Below, in pieces: positions 12,801-23,780 of a DNA stretch of 64,000 nt. The notes under the pieces were generated by a model. That model did no database searches, was not told the origin of the DNA, and worked only from the letters and a program-made list of their open reading frames with translations. A program made the position numbers and the translations under genes. Source of the stretch: Bugula neritina (Eukaryota; Animalia; Bryozoa); assembly GCA_964035545.1 (NCBI GenBank), contig OZ037766.1:17571081-17635080 (forward strand), written 5' to 3'. The stretch's first letter is position 1, and each line of letters starts with the position of its first letter.

Positions 12801-15800
12801 CATAAGAACTTGAAGCTGAAAGCTAAAATTTTGAAAAATACAAACTATTCTCTGAATAGCTAGACTATTCACATAAGTATTTAATAAATATGAAAATGCA
12901 ACAACTTGCCACAGCTGCTTCATGCTGAACCTTTTCCATCTTGCTTGCATTTGGTATCATATGAATCCAACAAATTAAATTAATATTTGTGACTAATCTC
13001 CGATGCATTTCTTCAAAATGCAATTGTTTTTCTACAAAGACTTGTTCTCTATGCTGTTTGACTGCAACAAATAAGCGCAAGCTTTTAAAAAATTAGTAAT
13101 ATTTCAATATTGAAGGTTCCGACTTATATAGATTAATAACCATATTTGGATGTATAGTTATAATTAATCTATCGACTGTAGAAAGAAATTTTTTAGATGC
13201 TATCTGAATTTTAATTTGAAGCATAAGTTATATAATTTACACACTTGATAGACTTTTCAAAATTAGATTAGAGAATATTTAAAATTTTAAAAATTATATA
13301 AAAATCATTACTAAATCAGCTGATTATATTGTAAGAAACTAGAAACAAAATTTGCAGAATAACATAACATTTCACCCATTACTTTTACAGTTGCAAATTA
13401 TTGTTAATTTACATTAATCAATGTTTAACATAGAGCAATAGACAATCATGATGATATGCCTAGGAATGTCATGTTTTCCCTATAATGGTGCTAAATTTCA
13501 AAATGATTTTAACAAAATAAAAAGCAGTTATTAAAAGAGCAATCGTTCAAAGTAATAGAATAATTAGAATATGTTTTTCTTCTTATAAAAAAAATATTCA
13601 CAAATTAGGCAGAAGGCTATTTTTTCTATATCACTAACTTACAGTGTGCCGTCAATGCAGCTTTCTCTAGCATGTTGAGAGGAGGGTTGAAGTGTTGAAA
13701 GTCATCAAAAGTCTATAACAGAAGAAATAACATGTTAAATTTCTGAAAAGTTATTGAAATGTAGTTATAACTCTGGTTTAGCACTGTGCAAGCTTTTCCC
13801 AGTATTAACCAACACCTCAAGTTTCTTTGAGCTAGTCGTAAATATGTAAAGGCACTGAATAAACGATCTGCCATTTGTATGCAGTGAAAATATGGAGCTA
13901 TGACAGTTTCAACAATTATTATCTCAAATGAAGCAAAATAAGTTAATAAAATTGGTTGAAGTTATAGGTTATTGGGTAATTTATGTTACATTCTCAGAAA
14001 GGTTTATACAGGCAGTATGTTTTGGAAGTGATGGAAATCAAGTGAAAACTAATAATTATCATGTTGGGTTTTCCTAGTTACATATAATGGTTGCAATAAA
14101 TTACTTTCTACCTTTGAACCTATCTGCATCAAATAGGGACAAGGCATGAACACTTTCTTCCCCATATGTCATTTACAAACCAGTTAGCTATACACAGTCA
14201 ATAAAGTCTATTAATAAATTTGTTTATAGTTTATTAATTCATCACATAATAAGAACATAATATACCAGTATTAACTAAAACAAAATGTTGCGCCAGTTTC
14301 TGAGATTTGGAGGAATATTTCTATATAATATAATACTAATATAATTTTGTATTCGGTAAGACAACAGCGTGTTTCTCATTGCTTTGATTGGCTAGCTCAT
14401 TTCAAAACTGTGATTGGTGTAGAAGTATGCTACTATCATTTGGTGCAGTGTTGACATAAAGCTAACCAATTGCACTGTTAGTTGTGGGAACTTTGTCAAT
14501 TTTAAGGCACTTCCAGTTATATTTCATTATCATGAATACAATAAAAATCACATGTATTATGATTGCTGCTATATTGCTAATACTTAAAATGATGGTAGCA
14601 TACAATTTATTTGTCTAAAGAAAACAGTCAACAAAATCAGAAAATCCAGCAAACTACCAAAAAAATAACTCCCAATGAAATCCTACATGCCAACCTATGA
14701 CTAGCCGTTGCCAATTGTTGAATTAGAGGACTGCATAACTACACAGATTTATAAAATTCATAACAAACTTTTATCAGAGTATTGTACCTTTCTGGAAATG
14801 GTCTCAATTATTCCATCTTTTAGGTGAGAAAGATGATAAGCCAACTGGTTAGTTCCTATTCTTTCGTGACCTTCTCGAATCTGCACCACATCAACATACG
14901 TAACTATATACTTACACAATAAGCATGTACCTCATGTACCATCTTGATATTATATATAAATTGAATTTAGCTCTTTTTGTGTTACTGTTGTATATTTGTA
15001 TTTTTTTTGTCCTTTTGTTTTTTTTTGATGGAAATAAAGAAAACAAACAAACAAACAAACCTACACAAAAAGCATGTACCTACACAATAAGCATGTACCT
15101 ACACAATAAGCATGTACCTACACAATAAGCATGTACCTACGCAATAAGTATGTACCTACACAACAAGTATGTACCTAGTACCTACACAATAAGTATGTAC
15201 CTACACAATAAGTATGTACCTACGCAATAAGTATGTACCTACACAACAAGTATGTACCTACACAATAAGTATGTACCTAGTACCTACACAATAAGCATGT
15301 ACCTACGCAATAAGTATGTACCTACACAATAAGCATGTACCTACGCAATAAGTATGTACCTACACAACAAGTATGTACCTACACAATAAGTATGTACCTA
15401 GTACCTACACAATAAGCATGTACCTACACAATAAGTATGTACCTAGTACCTACACAATAAGTATGTACCTACACAATAAGTAAGTACCTACGCAATAAGT
15501 ATGTACCTACACAATAAGCATGTACCTACACAAAAAGCATGTACCTACACAATAAGTATGTAGCAACACAATAAGCATGTACCTACACAACAAAAACGCC
15601 ATGTAGCTATACCATGAGTATGACATAAGCCTCATCAATACCTGACTACTTGTAAATTATGTTGATTTATTACTATCCTATATATCTATTACTATCCTAT
15701 ACATCTATTACTATCCTATATATCTATGACTAGCTGTTTATAACTGGCATGTTTACTAACAGTGCAGTCTATAACTATGCTTACATTGTATTTTTAAATT

Positions 15801-18800
15801 GTTTGAAAACTGCTTTGAATATGCCTGATAAAGTCTAATAAATGAATGAAGCATTGACCTGGTAATGCCAAGTTCGCTAGTAACTACAATTAGACCTGTG
15901 AGTGAAGAGGACTACTACTATTTTCTCAAAAAAGTGTCAATAAATTTGAACTCACATCTTTTTAAAACTGTAGCTGTGATAAAGCCTCAACTCTTGTAAA
16001 ACCCTGAACAACCAGAATGCAAACATACACAAAAAGGCATGCTTGTTATGACATGTAACTCACAGTTCTCTTAGCATGGAGATCCTTAAGTTGATTGGCT
16101 GCTAGCTCAACCCTACAACACAGCACCTTCAGTTGTCTTTTCTCTGCACCATCACATAATAAGCCAGCTAACTTGTTACCATACTTTATACACATCTCAA
16201 TACTTTGAAAACCTACAACACAATATAACATTGCACTTCAGTTGAAAATTATTTAATAATACTATTACTATGGGGATGGTAAAACAACAACACTTAACTC
16301 AGAACAATATTTACTATACTAGTTTCTTTGTCACTAAACAATTTCAAATACCTGCAGGTGAAAATAGTAACAAGATTAGTATTAAAAACAAGTTATAAGT
16401 ATCGCGGTACCAGTGAAAAAACTGGCAATTGCTACTTATTTCATAATTATTTAATTGCTTGTTTTCTAATCATACAACATCAATGGCGTGATCTTGATAC
16501 TATTAGTAGTAATACTAATATACAAGAATAGCAACATTGCATAAGCAAGAGAGCTCAATTCAAAAAAAGTTACAAATGTAGATAGTGATGGTAAATGCAA
16601 TTTACTCTAAGACTATCCCAACGCATAGTTGACTTAAAGTTCTTATAAATCAGCTTTATTAGATGTGCACACACACACAGCCCGGTGCTAGCAAATAGTT
16701 AGAAATAGGTAACTCTGAATAAAAGGTTTGTTAGCATCTCGAATTACCATTTGTTGGAATTGGTAACAGTATGTTTGACATGTTAATGCAGCAAGACTAT
16801 AAATTAGCCAATTTTCAACATATAAATCAAATTATCAAATACTCAGTTCCACAGGATGTTTATTTTGGTCAACTTGCTATTATTTGAACCGCAGTAAAAA
16901 TATTACCTGTACTACTCCTGACTAACGACTTTCCAGACAACCACTCCAGGGCAAGGGAAAAGTCATCCTCCTGCAAAAACATGCTTTAGGTGAATGGAAA
17001 CTCAACTTACAAGGTTTAATACAACATTGAGCATTGAAACGGTCATTAATAGCGCGAGTAAAAAAGTGAGATGCTTTTTTTTCGCTTCCTAGTATTTAGC
17101 TTCAAAAGTAACTGATACATAGGGCAAGTCTATAATTATAATAAAGGCTAAGTGCATTTTTAATGCAATAGACCATGTAAAACTCAGCCAATCAGCAAAG
17201 TGTACCAGGTCAATGTCTTACCATTGTGACTGATATAAAATTCTGCAAGTTCAATTGCAAAATGCATGCTTCTAAAAGCTAGTTGTGCAACTTTTTTTTC
17301 ATGCATTATTTAATTTCATATCTTAAATTGATGACTCTTGAAATGATTTTTTAAAATGTCTAAATTGAGTGTTTATAAAATTGCATGTCTAGAAAAATGA
17401 CCTGGTACACTTTTGCAACTTAAGGCCAATTATTACATAACTGCCAGCTTAGTAGTTATTTGTTGTTGCAGCTTCAATGGGTTATTGTTTAGCATTGGAA
17501 GCTTGCAGTAAACATCTGTGAATTTGGTACATGACTTTGATTGGCTGGTTTTTGAATGGCCCTTTAGTATATGCATCTGGATGGCTGGTTAGTGTGGACT
17601 CCGCCTACATCTAGCTAATGTACAGTAGCCAATCCACAGTAGTATTACAAAATTTTTGTTTAACAAATGAAATATTCTGGTCATTTGTTTTGTACTTTAC
17701 AATAGTAAATATTCTATTCAACTAGAATTTTATTGTATGTGAGCCATGGGAACTACTAAGAGGTTAAATCAACCACCCATGCTGGTAATATTGTAGCTCG
17801 CAGTAATAGCAAGTCCACACCGTATAAATATACACATAAGCTATTATGTGCAGCTTATAAATGCTGAAATGACCCCATTTCTTACTTTCAATTTGAAAAA
17901 AATTGTATTACATATTCTGCCACTTCTGCACCAAGAATTTGTTTTCCTTTTAAATTTTGAAAATAGTAGGCAGTTTCTATAGCAGTCAACATCCACAACG
18001 TAAGCTTTCAAATAAACTATAAATATATGGTAGCATATTGGCTTTGAAAGCTCAGAGGGATGTTCAGCTTCTCTCTTGTTGGAAAAACTATTAGATTGTT
18101 TAGTTCTCTTGCTAAAATATTTAATGTGTCTTTGAAGGTTTTGCTTGCTAGCAATCTAGAGATATAAAAAAGGCCAGCAAGTATTTGAAACTGTAAACCT
18201 TGACGCAGCTTCATCAAAGCCAATAAAAGTTTATCTTGTCTTGTTAACTTTTTTCTGAGAGTGAGAACTTTCATCTTCAGACATATAAATCTAAATATAG
18301 AAAATAAAGAATGAAAATTAAATTATGATTCAAATTATAATGTATGTGCTAAATAAATTTTGTGCTTAGTTTGTATTCATTCAGCAGTTTTTACCCTCTG
18401 GTAAGTAGCTTCAGTTATATTTTGCAACAACTATGAAGTTCAAGAACTGCTAGCTGAAGGCTTGACCCAATATATCACCATCCAAACAGAATGTAATGTG
18501 TGTCAACATCTGTTACGTAATGCTGTAACAGTACATGGTAAGCTAGTTGTATGAATACATGCTTTGAATGAAGTTATGAGTTTAAACAAATAGTGTTGAC
18601 AAACAATTATTACTTCATTTTATAATTATACTATAACTAATTCAAACCCATATTATTTCTAGAATAGCATTTAATAATGTTTGTGAATAAGTGAAACTAG
18701 TAACAAATGTAAACCATTTTAGTTTTAAACACTGAGTTAGTTTCAGCTAAAAATTAGATTAGGAGGCCACTTTTGATAAGCTTTAAAATAACCAAGGAAA

Positions 18801-21800
18801 ATTTAAGTCAAAACAATTTACTTTTCCTTGAGAAAGTGAGTCAATTTGCCCACAAATAAAATACTGCTGCTTGTTTAAATAAAACCCTAAACTAAATAAG
18901 TCAAAGCATACAGATGACCACTGTGGTATTTATGAATATCTTACATAAAACAACATCTTTAATAAAAAATGTATGAATGATGTACTCACACTGCAACAAA
19001 TTTAATTAAAATGACAGTTTTACTACACATCAAATTTAATCAATGTAGAAATTTTAGCATAGTGAGACTTGCATTGTTTATTTGTAATAAACCATAGTCT
19101 ATCTTTGCAATAAGAAAATCATAATTTTCACCTTGCTAAAAAATAGTATAGAGAACGTGTAGGTATTCCAGTATAGAATTTAGTTTGCTCATCTGTAGTG
19201 GTGAAAGTTTTAAAAACTTTTACTTTTTCAATAGTTGCTTTTTGTTTAAACGTGGAACTTTTTGAGCCTTTTCTTCCAACTTTTGATTTTCATCTATCAA
19301 TAGAATGTGCAGATCTTTTTTTCTGAGTAGTTGATGATTCTGGTAACTCAGTTACTTCTGATAAAGTCTGACTATGAGGATGGCTGTCAGATGAGTTCTG
19401 TTGCTCTATATCAGCTGACTCTGTTGATAACGTTTTCTGTTCGCTTCCTTCACATGTTTCATTAAAACCACTGTTTTTTGTTCGTCTTACATTATATGCT
19501 TTAGTGCGTTGGTAACCCAAATGAAAGGTTGGAGTTGGATTTTGCTCAGTGGGCTGACCATCCTTATGATTATGATAGTCTGCTATGCTCTCTGTAATCT
19601 ACAGCCACCATTGGTGACTGATGAAATTTAGAATTTGAAGTAAAAATGTGTTATTTTTACCTGTGCCATTTTATAGAAATCTATATCTAGCTTTTATAAT
19701 ATAATATTCTTGTAATTTTTCATCATAGCAAGAACTAAATTACATTGTTTCCACACTAATATTTCATATATTTATAGTTTATTTGAAAGCTTACATTGTT
19801 TATTGTGGATGCAGTTGACTGCTGCAGAAACTGACTACTATTTTCAAAATTTAAAAGGAAAACAAATTCTTGGTGCAGAAGTGGCAGAATATGTAATACA
19901 ATTTTTTTCAAATTGAAAGTAAGAAATGGGGTCATTTCAGCATTTATAAGCTGCACATAATAGCTTATGTGTATATTTATACGGTGTGGACTTGCTATTA
20001 CTGCGAGCTACAATATTACCAGCATGGGTGGTTGATTTAACCTCTTAGTAGTTCCCATGGCTTACATACAATAAAATTCTAGTTGAATAGAATATTTACT
20101 ATTGTAAAGTACAAAACAAATGACCAGAATATTTCATTTGTTAAACAAAAATTTTGTAATACTACTGTGGATTGGCTACTGTACATTAGCTAGATGTAGG
20201 CAGAGTCCACACTACCCAGCCATCCAGATGCATATACTAAAGGGCCATTCAAAAACCAGCCAATCAAAGTCATGTACCAAATTCACAGATGTTTACTGCA
20301 AGCTTCCAATGCTAAACAATAACCCATTCAAGCTGCAACAACAAATAACTACTAAGCTGGCAGTTATGTAATAATTGGCCTTAAGTTGCAAAAGTGTACC
20401 AGGTCATTTTTCTAGACATGCAATTTTTAATTGCGTTTTATAAACACTCAATTTAGACATTTTAAAAAATCATTTCAAGAGTCATCAATTTAAGATATGA
20501 AATTAAATAATGCATGAAAAAAAAGTTGCACAACTAGCTTTTAGAAGCATGCATTTTGCAATTGAACTTGCAGAATTTTATATCAGTTACAATGGTAAGA
20601 CATTGACCTGGTACACTTTGCTGATTGGCTGAGTTTTACATGGTCTATTGTCAGGTCTACAGTTTATAACAAAAGAAACAAACACGCTCCGTCATGCAAC
20701 ACTGAAGTAGATATACTGAATCTAACTCTACGCTACTTTATGCTTATTTTTAACCTTAATGAAACATGGAATATGCTCCAACAGTTGCTTTTCAGTTGAT
20801 TGCAGACATAACACAACATTCCGGATGACTTCTTGCATGTCATGCTGAAAGCAGTTTTTATTTTGGGTTGCCAGGGCTCTGCTGGTTTCACTTTCGCTAG
20901 CAATGTATGCACTAATGCTGCTGCATAATAAAGGATTTATCAAGTGAATCAGCTCCAGTTTTCTAAAAGAATACAATATTATCATATTTTTCTGCCACGA
21001 TTCCCAGGTTATTAGTGCCCAAGGCCCTACACCTTTGCAGGACATTATTGTAGCAGTTTTCAAAAATCTAGTAAAATTTAAAATTTAGCAACTCAATTGT
21101 AAAGTTTTGTGTGAAACTTAAAAGATATCAACAGAACCATAACTATATTACAATAAAATATACTAGTTTTCCATGCCCTATTTATAACATATTGAAAATA
21201 GCCAATCTATACTCTCACTGTAATGTCCCTTGAAACAAATAATTATCAACATGAAACAACTTTTTTACTGTTTTAGTAAGGATTTCAGAATTGATGCTAG
21301 GCATCCAATCAATACATAACACAACCCAGTGTTGAAGTTAGGCACTATAACATGTTATGTGCATAGCATATCCCCATATTGAATCTAGCACTGCATATTT
21401 TCCCAGATTTATGCTGCAAATCAAAGGTTGCACATGCTTAATTTTTGACAGCAGTAGAGGCCAACTCTGCACACATACGAGACATTCATAAATTCCTGTT
21501 ACTTGTTCTTATGTAATTCTTATGAAACCATTATCATCTAACTGCTTTCAAGTGCATCCAGTATGACTCATCTAACCACTAATATTAGCATATACATTAA
21601 TTTCTCTTTAAACCCCTGTCCTTGCAGACAAAAAACTTCAAACTATAAATTGCCCAACAAAAAGCATCTGCAGGGAACATTGGGGTGGCAAGGGCCACAA
21701 TTTACATTTTATTTTTCAGATTACCTTATATTCCAAATTCTTATGAATCATTACACAAAAACTTTCTAATAGTTACTGCAGGCCGTATGCTTTTAGTATG

Positions 21801-22948
21801 TTAATAAATTTAGGACATTTAAAGGTGATTTTTCCACTTTAATTTATATATGCGTGCAATTAACTTTATTTGTTATGCTTTTGTGAGCCACATAAAGGTA
21901 GGCTGGGGTTGTATCTGGCCCTGGGGCCACCTGTTGGACAGCCCTGCTCTAAATTGAAGCAAATTATACAAATTATTAAAGTAGTGTTTTTAGCTAAAAG
22001 GTCTAAGTCACCACAGCAGGCGAAAGTCAAAGCCTAAAGAGTGTTATTCACACACATTGCAAATAATAAACATATTGCAATTTATACATATATATGTTTT
22101 TTAGACTGTTGTAAAATATTTAAGCTTGTTCTGAGATTAAACAAAATAAGACTACAGATCTGTGATGCAAAACAATCTCAAGGATTTACCAGCTGATAAA
22201 ATATACCAACTGTATACAAGCATTCGTATAGAGAAAAGTTGCTCAAACTACACTTACCTCAGAAGATAATCACACAATTTCTTACTCTGATTATTTCTAG
22301 TGAGTTCCACAACGCCATCCATTATATTATTTATTTGTAGATCCATGACCTGAAATTAATAAGAACAAATTCTTCCTTAGTTTATAGTCAAGGAAACAAA
22401 TCAATTTCTTGTAAGATGCATCAATGGCAAACTACTTGCATCAACATCAACACTTATATATAATTATATTACAAATATTAAATCCATGTTTATCTACTAA
22501 AAACAATTATCAAGTAAATTTACTCACTGAATTATGTACTAGATTTGCTCAACCACAAATAATGCAATGTTTTGAACTCAAAAATTATTATATGGCTAAA
22601 ACGATATATTAAAGCTATTATAAAACTACTGACTCTCTCAAACTTGGCTAAGCTTTCATTAGAAGACAGAGTGGAGGAATTATGGATGTTTTGTGATGTT
22701 TGTCTGCAAAGGCAAATGATGTCTTCCATTCTGTTTTTCACTTTATATCCAATCTAAAAATATAAGTACCATAACCAACAACAGACAAATTAGGTTTTAC
22801 TGCAATGTTAAATAAATTAGTATGAACTTGTGCAACTCACAAAAAGTTGATCATCAGTTATCCAAACTCCAGATGCCTCCAAGAGATCAAGAGTTGCTAC
22901 GTTGCCAACTGATTTTTGTGTATGTGCAGACATTTTAGTTTCCATCAT
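9812..22948 (-). CDS. Divergent vinculin-family protein (partial D1, D3 and Vt tail), 15 exons, about 592 aa
   Basis: Exons 22948-22841, 22753-22634, 22349-22258, 20962-20755, 16970-16907, 16212-16064, 14880-14788, 13712-13643, 13061-12910, 12822-12645, 12391-12303, 11859-11753, 11437-11314, 10647-10554 and 9942-9812 splice in phase to 1779 nt. Tail motifs: WASADSDLILTAKKLAMVMSKLVDLVR, LYERIPTLATQLKMVCTVKA and QATEMLLENAKNLMAAVREAVHTAAAASINIR (vinculin: [32 protein letters not shown]). D3 motif: VVWGAKLLFSNPYNNVFQKHFTKVKQVW (vinculin: [28 protein letters not shown]). The 5' end is least certain. Confidence 0.82.
11520..11635 (-). mobile_element. tRNA-derived SINE (head and part of body)
   Basis: Minus strand has A box TAGCTTAGTGG and B box GGTTTGAACCC, followed by body GGTGATGTTAAAAAAGAGCATTCAGTCATAATTGCTCCT, which is shared with the split copy at 34990-35031 and 39910-39980. 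Confidence 0.7.
15058..15592. repeat. 19-bp minisatellite (ACCTACACAATAAG[C/T]ATGT), about 26 units plus four 7-bp ACCTAGT partial units
   Basis: Directly readable head-to-tail array with no spacers; a detached unit lies at about 14911-14931. Confidence 0.95.
15668..15727. repeat. Short 19-bp tandem repeat (TATTACTATCCTATATATC) x3
   Basis: Three near-identical adjacent copies. Confidence 0.85.
17170..20646 (-). mobile_element. ISL2EU-like (PIF/Harbinger-related) defective transposon with inverted arms of about 870 bp
   Basis: Termini at|AGACCATGTAAAACTCAGCC...GGCTGAGTTTTACATGGTCT|at (probable AT TSD). Arms 17167-18029 and 19765-20649 are near-identical inverted copies. Minus-strand transposase remnants: THAP C-terminus KDGQPTEQNPTPTFHLGY (about 19565-19510), DEQTKFYTGIPT (about 19195-19160) and HTH_Tnp_4-like LTRQDKLLLALMKLRQGL...LIVFPTRE (18274-18030). 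Confidence 0.82.
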
Positions 22949-23780
22949 TTACGACTTCAATCGGAAAATATTAGTTGCTGCTATATTGAGGAGCTATGAA
23001 AATATTATACTTCAATCTGTACAGCTTGTTTAGTTGCAAATACCTAAAGGACTGCTGTGATGTGTTGACTTAGTGTAACAGAGCAAACAAACTAGGATAT
23101 ACAAAACCCATAATCTCAAAAAGACATCAGCTTAACTGATATTGCATCAAAGGTAGGCTGAGCTATACAGTGCTATGCTACTCACATTTCAATAGTTTTG
23201 TGTATTTATATACTCTCTGCTGTTACTACTAACCCACTTGGTTTCAGAATAGATGAAGGGGTGGCTATGAGTTATAGTTGGAGTAGAGGTGGCAGTTAAA
23301 GTTCTTTTATGCTGCAAACAACTCAGCTTCTCTCCAATGGAAGTAATTTGCCTGGTTCCAGGGTTTAATTTATTTGAACAATTATCTAGAATATTTTAAT
23401 AAAAGCCTTCAAACAAAATTAATGTACATGATATGCACAAACTACCTTTACCTTTGTTTATCTTAAAACAACATGTAGCTCAACTATGAAAAGTTAAGTA
23501 AAATTACCTCAACAATGAAGCTAATTTTAAATTTAGTAACTTGTGGATTGCAATCACAGCTAGATGTGTCTACAGTTGCGTGCACTATTAGCGATAGTGG
23601 GTGCCATCCTGAAGGGATTTCATGTTAAGTTCTAGCTTTGCCATTATTGTTCATGGTTTCAGAAAAGTGAACAAATATCATAGCATGCAGCATCATACAA
23701 AGTAATTTTTTGCCTAATTACATGCAATTCAAACTATAGAACAGTTCTTGTACTTTGATTGGCTTATATTCTGTTATAAT

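Noticed and set aside
13031-13061. Stop codon created at a vinculin-like exon junction using the acceptor at 13031
   Set aside because: The upstream acceptor TTGCAG at 13061 gives FKQHREQVF, matching vinculin PNREEVF, with an open frame.
15058-15592. Regular short repeat array resembling a CRISPR
   Set aside because: Units are head-to-tail with no unique spacers, there are no cas genes, and the context is a eukaryotic intron; it is a minisatellite.
18017-19565. Domesticated THAP or HARBI-like host gene
   Set aside because: Fragments are frameshifted, lack the THAP N-terminus and the DDE domain, and lie between transposon termini.
21670-21945. Possible hAT MITE ending TTGGACAGCCCTG
   Set aside because: No matching left TIR or 8-bp TSD could be identified, so boundaries cannot be supported.
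9812-22948. Calling the gene alpha-catenin, alpha-catulin or the canonical VCL orthologue
   Set aside because: Tail motifs (ERIPT, QATEML) are vinculin-type, but the divergence and missing domains do not justify the VCL symbol without a phylogeny.
23190-23275. Minus-strand SSILKP resembling the vinculin N-terminal ESILEP
   Set aside because: Only a five-residue resemblance, followed by an in-frame stop, with no compatible splice path; probably chance.
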